DNA from: Anaerorhabdus sp.
Lineage (GTDB): Bacteria > Bacillota_I > Bacilli_A > Erysipelotrichales > Erysipelotrichaceae
Direction: 5' to 3' (one strand)
NCBI RefSeq assembly: GCF_036636695.1
Contig: NZ_JAVWNW010000008.1
DNA: 64,000 nt
The translations under genes and the position numbers were made by a program. Under the pieces are notes generated by a model. It was not told the DNA's origin. It did not search any database and saw only the letters and a program-made list of their open reading frames with translations. Each line of letters begins with the position of its first letter. Position 1 is the first letter of the stretch. Positions 47,153 to 56,002 of this stretch are shown here, one piece after another.

Positions 47153-48622
47153 ATGAAGTACAAAGAGTTACCAACATTCCCAAAGGATTTCTTTTGGGGA
47201 GCATCTAGCGCCGCATGGCAAGTAGAAGGAGCAACGAAAGAGGATGGTCGTTCCCCAGCGATTATCGACTTGAATTCTCAAACGAAAAAGCCATATGCTG
47301 ATAATTCAGTGGCGGCCGATCATTATCATCATTATAAAGAAGATGTAGCATTAATGAAAGAGTGTGGATTTACAAGTTATCGTTTCTCACTTTCATGGTC
47401 TCGCTTAATTCCAGCAGAAGATCGTAAGATTAATCCAAAAGGGTTAGAATTCTACAATAACCTAATAAACGAGCTTATTGCAGCAGGAATTACACCTATT
47501 ATAACACTATATCATTATGATATGCCTTGTTGGGTGGATGAAAAATGTGGTGGATGGCGTAATCGATCTATTATTGAAGAATTTGATTATTATTGTCGAG
47601 TATGTTTTGAAAATTTCGGTGATCGTGTTAAATACTGGTTATCAATTAATGAACAAAATATGCAAATTGTTTATGGTGATTGGTTAGGTGTTTCTAAAGG
47701 TTGTACTGATTGGTTTAAAGACAAATGGAAAATTAATCACATTATGAATCTATGCCATGCAAAAGCAGTAATTGCATGCCATGAATTAGTAGAAGGTGGA
47801 AAGATTGGTCCAGTTCCTGGATATGTTCCTATTTATCCTGAAACATGTAAACCGGAAGATCAAATTGCTGCAATGAATGCAGAAGAACTTACACAAAAAA
47901 TATGGGATGACTTATATGTATTTAGAGAATATAATTCATTCACAAAGAATTATTGGAAAGAACATGACATTGATCCAGATATTCGCCCAGGGGATATGAA
48001 ACTCATTGAACAAGCGAAGATTGATTTCATTGCCGTGAACTGTTACCGTTCTGATGTTGGTAAAGCGCCAGATAATAGTTATAAACAAGAAATTGGATTA
48101 AATAAAACGGGTAAAAAAGGAGAATTTGTATATCCTAATTTACCAGGTGAGTATGCTTTAGCAAGAAATCCATTTGTTGAAGTAACTGATTGGGATTGGC
48201 ATATTGATGCAACATGTATGCGTTATTCATTACGTTATTTATGGGATCATTATCACTTACCTATGGTTATCACAGAAGCAGGATTTGGTGGTCATGAAGA
48301 TCTTGGTGAAGATGGAAAAATTCATGATGAAGAAAGAATTAATTACTTAAGAGAATATGCATTTAACATTGGATTGGCTATTCAAGACGGTGTAGAAGTA
48401 TTTGGATTTAATCCTTGGTCATTCACAGATTTGTTAAGCACAGGTAATGGTATGGCTAAACGTTATGGACTTGTGTTTGTGAATACAACAGATGATGATG
48501 CTAGAGATTTAACAAGACATAAGAAAGATTCATTTACTTGGTATTCAAAATTAATTAAGTCAAACGGTAAAGACTGGGGAACAGATATGACCGCTTGGCA
48601 AGATTTTCAAAAAAATAAATAG
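47153..48622 (+). CDS. GH1 family 6-phospho-beta-glucosidase
   Basis: FPKDFFWGASSAAWQVEG N-terminus, acid/base INEQN, nucleophile region VITEAGFG. Upstream of the PTS EIIBC gene. Confidence 0.9.
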   Translation: MKYKELPTFPKDFFWGASSAAWQVEGATKEDGRSPAIIDLNSQTKKPYADNSVAADHYHHYKEDVALMKECGFTSYRFSLSWSRLIPAEDRKINPKGLEFYNNLINELIAAGITPIITLYHYDMPCWVDEKCGGWRNRSIIEEFDYYCRVCFENFGDRVKYWLSINEQNMQIVYGDWLGVSKGCTDWFKDKWKINHIMNLCHAKAVIACHELVEGGKIGPVPGYVPIYPETCKPEDQIAAMNAEELTQKIWDDLYVFREYNSFTKNYWKEHDIDPDIRPGDMKLIEQAKIDFIAVNCYRSDVGKAPDNSYKQEIGLNKTGKKGEFVYPNLPGEYALARNPFVEVTDWDWHIDATCMRYSLRYLWDHYHLPMVITEAGFGGHEDLGEDGKIHDEERINYLREYAFNIGLAIQDGVEVFGFNPWSFTDLLSTGNGMAKRYGLVFVNTTDDDARDLTRHKKDSFTWYSKLIKSNGKDWGTDMTAWQDFQKNK

Positions 48623-48653
48623 GACAGATTTGTCCAATAAGAAAGGGTAGAAA

Positions 48654-50042
48654 ATGGCAAATAAAGATTATAAAGCAATTTGTAATGCAATAATCCAAGT
48701 TAGCGGAGGGGAATCCAATATTACCAATGTAAGTCATTGTATGACACGCTTACGCTTACAACTTGCGAATGGAAGCAAACTTAACCAAGAAGAAGCAAAG
48801 AAAATTCCAGGTGTATTAAATTTAATTATTCAAAATGGTGAATATCAATTTGTAATAGGGCAAGATGTACCAAGTTTATATGAAGAATTTACAAAGTGTG
48901 ATGGAATTAAAGCAAGTGGAGAAATTGCGGATGCAGAGGCTTTGAAACAAGATTCTGAAGCAAAACGAGGAAACTTCTTTAATGCAATTATGTCATTTAT
49001 TGGCGGAACATTCTCACCAGTAATTCCAGTATTGATTGCTGGTGGGTTAACTGGAGCAGTATTAACACTACTTACAACATTCTTTGGAGTAGCAACTGAT
49101 TCTGGCACATATACGATTATTTATGCAATCAATCAAGCAACATTTTATTTCTTACCAATTTTCATTGGTTTCTCAGCAGCAACACGTTTAAAATCAAATG
49201 GATATTTAGGAGCATTTTTAGGGGCAATCCTTTTATATTCAACAATAAACAATGCAGAGGGATTGAATTTCTTAGGTGTTCAAGTTGCACAAGTGGCATA
49301 TAATTCTACAGTGTTCCCAATTATCTTGGGTGTGTTGTTTATGTCCGTGATTTATAAGTTTTTACAAAAATATGTACCAGTTTATTTTAGAACGATTTTT
49401 GTACCATTGATTACAATTCTAATAACGGTTCCTGTAACACTAATCGTGTTAGGTCCAATTGGTAATTTAGCAGGTACATGGTTAGCAAGTGGAGTTCTTA
49501 GCCTTTACCGTGCGGTACCAGCAGTTGCGGTTATGGTTATTGGTATTACTACACCATTAATGGTTTTCTTTGGTATGAATAATGCAGCTTATCCAGTTGT
49601 ATTCGCACTTCTTGCGGAAGTTGGATCAGATCCACTTATTTGTACTGGTATGGCACCTGCCAATGTAGCTGTAGGTGGTGCATGTTTAGCAGTTGCATTA
49701 ATAGCAAAAGAAATTAATGATAAGAGCATCGCAACAGGAGCAGGAATTACAGCATTATGTGGAATTACTGAACCAGGAGTATATGGTGTTTTATTCACAA
49801 AGAAATATCCTCTTGTTGGTGCGATGATTGGTGGCGGAATAGGTGGTTTAATTGCAGGTTTAGTGGGTATGACTCAATATGTAATTTCAACACCAGGATT
49901 TATTTCAATTCCTGCTTATATTAATCCAGATGGTTCTTCAGGAAACTTAATATGGTCAATTGTAGTTATGATTATTGCCGTTATAGTTTCATTTGGGGTA
50001 ACTTACTTCTTAGGTAAACGTGCTCAAGCAAAATCAGTATAA
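48654..50042 (+). CDS. PTS beta-glucoside-family EIIBC component
   Basis: EIIB phospho-Cys motif NVSHCMTRLRL, followed by a ~10-TM EIIC domain with a GITEPxxYG-type motif (GITEPGVYGV). Confidence 0.85.
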   Translation: MANKDYKAICNAIIQVSGGESNITNVSHCMTRLRLQLANGSKLNQEEAKKIPGVLNLIIQNGEYQFVIGQDVPSLYEEFTKCDGIKASGEIADAEALKQDSEAKRGNFFNAIMSFIGGTFSPVIPVLIAGGLTGAVLTLLTTFFGVATDSGTYTIIYAINQATFYFLPIFIGFSAATRLKSNGYLGAFLGAILLYSTINNAEGLNFLGVQVAQVAYNSTVFPIILGVLFMSVIYKFLQKYVPVYFRTIFVPLITILITVPVTLIVLGPIGNLAGTWLASGVLSLYRAVPAVAVMVIGITTPLMVFFGMNNAAYPVVFALLAEVGSDPLICTGMAPANVAVGGACLAVALIAKEINDKSIATGAGITALCGITEPGVYGVLFTKKYPLVGAMIGGGIGGLIAGLVGMTQYVISTPGFISIPAYINPDGSSGNLIWSIVVMIIAVIVSFGVTYFLGKRAQAKSV

Positions 50043-50055
50043 ATTATCCAAGACA

Positions 50056-50084
50056 AAAGGGGCAAGAAAATTTTGCCTCTTTTA
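50056..50084 (+). terminator. candidate terminator after EIIBC
   Basis: aaggggcaa-gaaaat-tttgcctct (one G-U pair) followed by TTTTAT. Confidence 0.5.
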
Positions 50085-50135
50085 TATTATTTAGTTTAGA
50101 ATAGGGTATAATATTTAAAAAAGATGGAGAATGAT

Positions 50136-50633
50136 ATGGGATTATTTGATAAATTATTTAGTAAAGATAACGTAACGAAATATAAGGATACAGATATCGT
50201 ATCCATTGCGAATGCCGAAATGGTACCTGCAAGTAAAGTAAATGATGTCATGTTTGCACAAGAGATGATGGGACAAACAATTGCATTTGAATTAAAAGAT
50301 GGTGTGATTGTTGCGCCAGCGAATGGCAAATTAGAAGTAATGTATCCCACTGGACATGCTTTTGCGATTCGTACAAAAGATGGGACGGGATTACTTGTTC
50401 ATGTTGGAATAAACACAGTAGAACTAGGTGGGAAAGGATTCGAAATTCTTGTGAAACAGGGTGATACTGTCAAAGCTGGTCAACAACTTTTACATGTTGA
50501 TTTAGATGTCATTAAAGAAGCGGGTTATGATACAATCACAATGTTAATAGTGACAGAGACGCCAAGTGAAGGTGAAAAAGTTGCATTTGTTGATTTTGGC
50601 GATGTAAGTCAAGGACAAAAAATTAACAAGTAA
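50136..50633 (+). CDS. PTS glucose-family EIIA component
   Basis: MGLFDKLF N-terminus. Active-site His region (HAFAIRT...LVHVGINTV). ATG at 50136 follows GATGGAGAA. Confidence 0.85.
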   Translation: MGLFDKLFSKDNVTKYKDTDIVSIANAEMVPASKVNDVMFAQEMMGQTIAFELKDGVIVAPANGKLEVMYPTGHAFAIRTKDGTGLLVHVGINTVELGGKGFEILVKQGDTVKAGQQLLHVDLDVIKEAGYDTITMLIVTETPSEGEKVAFVDFGDVSQGQKINK

Positions 50634-50640
50634 AATGATT

Positions 50641-50667
50641 AAAAAGGCTTATTTATAAGCTTTTTTT
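50641..50667 (+). terminator. intrinsic terminator after EIIA
   Basis: aaaaaggcttat-tt-ataagc followed by TTTTTTT. Confidence 0.6.
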
Positions 50668-50771
50668 GTGCTTTTAGGGTTAATGAAATCGGTGTATTGG
50701 GATGAAAAATTTGCTATTTTTGACGAAATCTTATAGAATAAAGCCGTTGTTTCAAAAATGAGGTGAATTAA

Positions 50772-51431
50772 ATGTTTAGACAAATTAGTCGAATAGTTGC
50801 TGTACTTGGCATTCTAGGATGTATGTGTGTCCTTACAACTTCAGCGCTTGCATATGAGACAGAAATAGTTAGTGACAATGAAGCGGAAATTCAAGCAATT
50901 ATTGAAGAGATGGTAATTGAAGAGCCTAAAGTTATTAGAGATGAATTAGTAAACGTTGAAGTACTTGGTTTATTAGATGAACAAGCTATCGCTTTAGTAA
51001 ATGCTGAGCGTCAAGCTATCGCAAAAAATTTAGGTGGTGGTATGGCTGGTCAAGAAGCATTCTTTTATGACAAGGCAATAGAACTTGGAATTGATCCAGT
51101 TTTTGCAGTAGCACTAGCGGCACATGAAACAGGAAATGGTTCGAGTTATCTTTGTATTAATAATCATAATTTTGGCGGTATGCGTGGTCAAGGTGGTTGG
51201 ATGCAATTCAAAGATAAAGAAACTGGAATTATGGCATATCTTAATTTGCTTGCTTCATATCATTCACGTGGACTCGATACTCCTGAGAAAATGGTATCTC
51301 GCTATGCACCAAATAGCCCAACATGGGTAGGTGTTGTGCGTGGGTCTATGGCAAAAATAAATAAGGATATTGAAAAAAGTCGTGCTGAAGTAAATGCATA
51401 TTATGCAATACTAGCGAGTCAATTAGATTAA
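50772..51431 (+). CDS. secreted glucosaminidase-domain peptidoglycan hydrolase
   Basis: Signal peptide (TSALA/YE). Mannosyl-glycoprotein endo-beta-N-acetylglucosaminidase motifs (AAHETGNGSS, NNHNFGGMRG). Confidence 0.75.
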   Translation: MFRQISRIVAVLGILGCMCVLTTSALAYETEIVSDNEAEIQAIIEEMVIEEPKVIRDELVNVEVLGLLDEQAIALVNAERQAIAKNLGGGMAGQEAFFYDKAIELGIDPVFAVALAAHETGNGSSYLCINNHNFGGMRGQGGWMQFKDKETGIMAYLNLLASYHSRGLDTPEKMVSRYAPNSPTWVGVVRGSMAKINKDIEKSRAEVNAYYAILASQLD

Positions 51432-51436
51432 AAGTA

Positions 51437-51470
51437 ATGTCGTCAAGGTATAAACTTGATGACATTTTTA
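51437..51470 (+). terminator. intrinsic terminator after the glucosaminidase gene
   Basis: atgtcgtcaag-gtataaa-cttgatgacat (one G-U pair) followed by TTTTT. Confidence 0.7.
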
Positions 51471-51519
51471 CTTTAGCAATATTGATTGAACATTTTGTTA
51501 AAAAATTGCACTTTTCTAG

Positions 51520-51548
51520 TTGAATGAGTAAATTATTTATGTTAGAAT
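51520..51548 (+). promoter_or_regulatory. candidate promoter of tRNA-Gly
   Basis: TTGAAT, 17 nt, TAGAAT, 12 nt upstream of the tRNA 5' end. Confidence 0.5.
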
Positions 51549-51560
51549 ACAAAGGCAGTT

Positions 51561-51634
51561 GCAGATGTAGTTCAATGGTAGAACGCGACCTTGCCAAGGT
51601 CGACACGGGGGTTCGATTCCCCTCATCTGCTCCA
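51561..51634 (+). tRNA. tRNA-Gly (anticodon GCC)
   Basis: Acceptor gcagatg/catctgc, anticodon arm cgacc-ttGCCaa-ggtcg, T-arm ggggg-ttcgatt-cccct, encoded CCA. 74 nt. Confidence 0.9.
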
Positions 51635-51900
51635 TTAAATAATAAAAAGAAGCTAATTTAGCTTTTTTTTATTGTTTTTAAAAAAGTGCCATATAGTTGA
51701 AATAAATATATCTTATTTAAGTAAGTGATTATTAATTATCTAGTTAATCATCTAGGTAAATGTTAAAATCTTTATTTGTTAGTAATAGAAACTCTTTAAA
51801 TGAATATTTAAAGAAATTAAGTACAAATAATAGAAATTTTATTTGTTTATAACCAGCATATAACCAAAATAGTTCATACTGTAACCATGATGAGGTGACA

Positions 51901-52431
51901 ATGATGAAAAAATTATTACTAAGTTTATTATTGGTTCTAGGGCTAACACTTGTAACAGTATCTGTTTCTGCTCAAGATGATATAAATAATGATACAACTG
52001 AAATTAAAGAAGAAACTACTCCTGAAGCAAATCGTAAACCTTCAGGAAATAATACGATTATCCAATTTGGTGCATTTGCATTATTTGTTGTAATCGTTGG
52101 TGTAGGAGTAACAATGTACAATCGCCGTGGTGTATTTCATATTAGTGATACACAAATGAATGGTGATGGAAGTTATACACTTACAGTTCGCAGTAATAGC
52201 ATTAAAAAAATGATGAATAATCCAGATGATGTTCATGTAATTATTCGAAAAGGTACGTGCATATTTTTGAAGAAACCTGATTTTTCCAAACGCCTAACAA
52301 GAAAAGATGATTTATTTATCGTAGTTGTTAATGAAAATAGTCAAATTGAGTTTATGTATAAAGATGATACATTCATGATTGATGGTGGCAATTTAGGTAA
52401 ATCTCTGAAATTAAAAAATAGCACTATTTAG
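51901..52431 (+). CDS. bitopic membrane protein of unknown function (signal peptide, short ectodomain, TM, ~100-aa cytoplasmic domain)
   Basis: ATG at 51901 follows GAGGTGA. Signal peptide VSVSA/QDD. Second TM is FGAFALFVVIVGVGVTMY. No family recognised. Confidence 0.5.
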   Translation: MMKKLLLSLLLVLGLTLVTVSVSAQDDINNDTTEIKEETTPEANRKPSGNNTIIQFGAFALFVVIVGVGVTMYNRRGVFHISDTQMNGDGSYTLTVRSNSIKKMMNNPDDVHVIIRKGTCIFLKKPDFSKRLTRKDDLFIVVVNENSQIEFMYKDDTFMIDGGNLGKSLKLKNSTI

Positions 52432-52444
52432 TGCTTTTTCTTTT
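52420..52444 (+). terminator. weak hairpin overlapping the stop codon of the bitopic protein gene
   Basis: agcact-attt-agtgct followed by TTTTCTTTT. Only a 6-bp stem, so possibly a partial terminator. Confidence 0.35.
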
Positions 52445-52475
52445 AGAAAATCATATAATGAATATAGGTGATACC

Positions 52476-53378
52476 ATGAAGTTTTTATTGAGTTTATTAT
52501 GCATTACATTGTTACTTGTTGGCTGTAGTGCTACAGGTAGTAACTCTAAATATCCAGTGATAGAACAAGTTGGGAATGAAATTACACCAACTTTTGATAT
52601 GATTAAAATACCGGATGCATCTGGTGTTTTAATTGCAAGCGATAATCTTGTTGAAATAGATTATTCAAATACGAATTTAGGATATATCATGGTTAAGACA
52701 AAAAGTTCTGATCATGAGAAACTGAAAATACAAATAATAAAAGGTGAAGAAAAATATACATATGATATTGCAGTGGACGATAAGTTTATTAGCTACCCGT
52801 TAAATATGAGTGATGGTGATTATACCATCAAAGTATTAGAAAATGTAGGTGGCGATAATTACGCATTAAAGTTAAGTAAAAGTATAAATGTGACTTTAGA
52901 TAATGAAAACTATCCCTTTCTATATCCTAGCTATATTGTGAATTATGATATTGAAACAAAGGCCATAGCTAAATCTTTTGAAATTTGTGAAGGAGCTACA
53001 TCAGACCTTGAAAGAGTTTATCTAATTTACGAATGGATAACAAATAATATTGAATATGATTGGAAAAAAGTTGAAGAAGTACAAGACAAGTTTGTTGTTC
53101 CAATTGTTGACGAAACATTATCGCTAAAGTCAGGTATTTGTTTCGATTATGCAGCACTCATGAGTTGTATGTTAAGAGTTCAACAAATACCAACGAAATT
53201 ACGAACAGGTTATGTTGAATTAGGCTACCATGCGTGGGTAGAAGTCTACATAGAAGATGTAGGATGGGTTGATCCGAATGTTTACTTTAAATCTGATGAG
53301 TGGACAAGAATGGATCCAACTTTCGAAGCATCAGGCGAAAATTATAATGGCAATTATGAAAATAAATACCAATACTAA
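52476..53378 (+). CDS. transglutaminase-like (cysteine-protease fold) lipoprotein
   Basis: Lipobox LLVGC. Transglutaminase core triad context GICFDYAAL (Cys), YHAWVEVY (His), MDPT (Asp). ATG at 52476 follows AGGTGATA. Confidence 0.8.
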   Translation: MKFLLSLLCITLLLVGCSATGSNSKYPVIEQVGNEITPTFDMIKIPDASGVLIASDNLVEIDYSNTNLGYIMVKTKSSDHEKLKIQIIKGEEKYTYDIAVDDKFISYPLNMSDGDYTIKVLENVGGDNYALKLSKSINVTLDNENYPFLYPSYIVNYDIETKAIAKSFEICEGATSDLERVYLIYEWITNNIEYDWKKVEEVQDKFVVPIVDETLSLKSGICFDYAALMSCMLRVQQIPTKLRTGYVELGYHAWVEVYIEDVGWVDPNVYFKSDEWTRMDPTFEASGENYNGNYENKYQY

Positions 53379-53391
53379 AGGGGGCTTAACA

Positions 53392-54423
53392 ATGATTAAG
53401 ATTACTGAAACTGTATTGCTTTGTGATCAACTTCATATGATTCTTGAATCTGGTTTGACATTGGAAACAGGAATTGATGCGATTCTTGAAGAACTAAGTG
53501 ACAAAGAAACAAAAGAAGCTTTAACTTCAATACAAGACTCATTACAAGAAAATATGAGTTTTGCTAAGGCTTGTGAGAAAACAGGTGCTTTTGATGCTTA
53601 TTTTATACAAATGGTAAAAATTGGAGAAGAAACAGGTTATTTGGATAATGTGCTAAAACAGTTATCAATTTACTATAACCGATTGGACTCAATGAATAAA
53701 AAAATTAAGGATGCAATTTTCTATCCAAGTCTTTTGTTTGTGATGATGCTTGTGCTTATGGGAATTCTTGTTGTGAAAGTACTCCCAATATTTAGAAATG
53801 TATTGAATAGTATGGGTACTGATATTTCTTCGCTAGCCTTAGTGCTTATGAATATTGGTCAGAAGATTTCTGAATTTGGATTTGCAATATTAGTTGTTAT
53901 AGCACTTGCAGTGGTAATTGTACTTCTTACCTATCGAATTAAGTACAAAGAAAGAGCGACTTCAATGTTGTTATCGAATTTTATCTTCACTAAATCATTG
54001 ATGCGTGATATCGAAGTAAGCAAAGTTGCGTATGCATTAAGTTTGTTTATGAATAGTGGGTTAGATTTAGCTAATGCATTTGAACTTCTTCCAGGACTTG
54101 TTGATAATAGAAAAATTAGAGAACGAATTGAATTATGTAATAAAGAGATTGAAGATGGCAAATCAGCATTAGATGCTTTAATTGATGCAAAAATATTTAA
54201 ATCGGTTTATACACGAATTTTAAAGATTGCTCAAAAGTCAGGTAAACTAGATGATACCATGTCAAAAGTTGCAAAAGATTATGAGAATGAAATGAGTAGT
54301 TCAATTAATCGTTTCTTAAATATTATAGAACCCACAATTATGATTAGCTGCGTTATTATTGTAGGAATAATTCTATTATCAGTAATGCTTCCATTGATGA
54401 GCATTATGACGAGTCTAGGATGA
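53392..54423 (+). CDS. type II secretion system F-family (GspF/PilC/ComGB-like) platform protein
   Basis: Two T2SSF repeats (LESGLTLETGIDAI...VKIGEETGYLD and MNSGLDLANAFELL...LKIAQKSGKLD) and three TM segments. 343 aa. ATG at 53392 follows AAAGGGGG. Confidence 0.8.
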   Translation: MIKITETVLLCDQLHMILESGLTLETGIDAILEELSDKETKEALTSIQDSLQENMSFAKACEKTGAFDAYFIQMVKIGEETGYLDNVLKQLSIYYNRLDSMNKKIKDAIFYPSLLFVMMLVLMGILVVKVLPIFRNVLNSMGTDISSLALVLMNIGQKISEFGFAILVVIALAVVIVLLTYRIKYKERATSMLLSNFIFTKSLMRDIEVSKVAYALSLFMNSGLDLANAFELLPGLVDNRKIRERIELCNKEIEDGKSALDALIDAKIFKSVYTRILKIAQKSGKLDDTMSKVAKDYENEMSSSINRFLNIIEPTIMISCVIIVGIILLSVMLPLMSIMTSLG

Positions 54424-54725
54424 TTAAGTTCATAAAAAAACATAGTCGACTGTTCACAATACTCTTATTACTTTTGTTGGTGGGAGGGCTTGTGATATCA
54501 CTCGATTCTATCCAAGAGCGTTTGGATAAAGAAGGTGAAAAACGACTATACAATGCTATTCAAAAGGCAGCTATTACTTGTTATAGCGTTGAAGGAAGAT
54601 ATCCAGCTTCATTAGAATATCTTGTTGAAAATTATGGTGTTATTGTAGATAGCAATAAATATCACGTGTATTACGAAACATTCGGATCAAATGTACAACC
54701 AGAAATTAAGATATATCAAAGGTAG
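54420..54725 (+). CDS. small N-terminally anchored protein 1, pseudopilin-like (101 aa)
   Basis: ATGA overlap with the platform gene. N-terminus MIKFIKKHSRLFTILLLLLLVGGLVISL. Globular part contains EGRYPASLEYLVENYG, reminiscent of the G.YP.sL..L motif of GspG/ComGC-type major pseudopilins. Confidence 0.5.
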   Translation: MIKFIKKHSRLFTILLLLLLVGGLVISLDSIQERLDKEGEKRLYNAIQKAAITCYSVEGRYPASLEYLVENYGVIVDSNKYHVYYETFGSNVQPEIKIYQR

Positions 54726-54730
54726 AGAAA

Positions 54731-55174
54731 ATGAAAAATTCTAAAATCGCAGAAGTATTATGGACACTGGTTCTACTTACAGCATTTGTTGTAGGTTCTT
54801 TTGCACTTTTACTTTTGGGAGCGAATTACTATCAAACAATGACAAATAAAACATCTCAAGCAAGAGAACTTCAGTTACCTATATCTTATATTGCAACAAC
54901 AATAAGACAAGCAAATAAGGATCAAGTTACACTTGAAGAAAAAGAAGGTATTGAATGTTTAGTGATTACATATGATAATCATAAACGCATTATTTATTTA
55001 TATGATGGTGAATTGAGAGAGTTGTTTGTATCTGATAATGCGACATATACATTGAATGATGGTACAAAAATTGCAGAAATCGATAGTTTAGAAATGGATT
55101 TAAAACAAAATGAATTAATTTACAAAGTGAATGTTGATGACACAGACTTTGAAATGAAAGTTGTAATGAGGTAG
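54731..55174 (+). CDS. small N-terminally anchored protein 2, minor-pseudopilin-like (147 aa)
   Basis: N-terminus MKNSKIAEVLWTLVLLTAFVVGSFALLLLG. The central IIYLYDGELRELF resembles the v.Y....g.L.R motif of GspJ/ComGF-type minor pilins. Confidence 0.45.
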   Translation: MKNSKIAEVLWTLVLLTAFVVGSFALLLLGANYYQTMTNKTSQARELQLPISYIATTIRQANKDQVTLEEKEGIECLVITYDNHKRIIYLYDGELRELFVSDNATYTLNDGTKIAEIDSLEMDLKQNELIYKVNVDDTDFEMKVVMR

Positions 55175-55177
55175 TGA

Positions 55178-55552
55178 ATGAAAGTAGAACGTAAATCAAA
55201 ATTCTATGTTTTCTTAATGGAATACTTATGGTCCATTCTTTTCTTCGTACTTGCATGTATTGTTTGTGTGCAATTATTTGTGGAAAGTTACAGAATATCT
55301 AATTTAGCAAGTGATAAGAATGAAGCCTTACTCATAGGACAAGTCATTGCAGAAGATTTAAGAATGAATGCTATTGATGAGGCAGATGGTTTCATATTGA
55401 TAGAAGAAAATCATTACCAAAAAAATACGGATAAATTTGTGATTGATATTTATCAAACTCCTAAAGCACTAGACTATGTTGAAAGTACAATTGAGGTTTC
55501 AAAGGGTCATACCGTGCTTATCAACTTTACTGTGATGTCAGGAGGTCAATAA
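55178..55552 (+). CDS. small N-terminally anchored protein 3 (124 aa)
   Basis: N-terminus MKVERKSKFYVFLMEYLWSILFFVLACIV. 3-nt gap from the previous gene. RBS GAGG. Confidence 0.45.
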   Translation: MKVERKSKFYVFLMEYLWSILFFVLACIVCVQLFVESYRISNLASDKNEALLIGQVIAEDLRMNAIDEADGFILIEENHYQKNTDKFVIDIYQTPKALDYVESTIEVSKGHTVLINFTVMSGGQ

Positions 55553-55554
55553 AG

Positions 55555-55992
55555 ATGGAAAAAATTAAAAATATTGGATTTTCTATTGGATACACTTCTT
55601 TGATTATGATTTTTGTGATTTTGGTATTTGTCTCATTCTCAGCGCTTAGTTATACTCAGGCAAATAATGATTTGAGTCGTATCAACAAAGCCATTGATGT
55701 AATTGATGAAAATTATCAAGCAGATACAACTGCAATGCAGGTGAAAATGGCAATCGATGAGATGGTAGTAAATGGTTTTACACCAGAAGAAATCGAAAAT
55801 ACCCTCAAAAGCGAAGTAAATGGTATAATTGTTAACCAAAATAGTGCGAATTATATTATAATAATCAGTAGTAAAGCATATTTAAATGTAGAACTAGGCT
55901 TAGATTTTGAACAAAAAACAATTACTGTTAAATCTTGGGTAGTTGAGAATACTAGCACTGATGAATATAACCTAAAGGGTTTTGACTTATAG
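55555..55992 (+). CDS. small N-terminally anchored protein 4 (145 aa)
   Basis: N-terminus MEKIKNIG-FSIGYTSLIMIFVILVFVSF. Gly-Phe junction resembles a prepilin cleavage site, but Tyr replaces Glu at +5. RBS AGGAGG. Confidence 0.45.
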   Translation: MEKIKNIGFSIGYTSLIMIFVILVFVSFSALSYTQANNDLSRINKAIDVIDENYQADTTAMQVKMAIDEMVVNGFTPEEIENTLKSEVNGIIVNQNSANYIIIISSKAYLNVELGLDFEQKTITVKSWVVENTSTDEYNLKGFDL

Positions 55993-56002
55993 TGGAGGCA
56001 CA

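Noticed and set aside
51346-51606. 86-aa minus-strand ORF
   Set aside because: It is antisense to the end of the glucosaminidase gene, its terminator, and the tRNA-Gly promoter and 5' half. It has no RBS.
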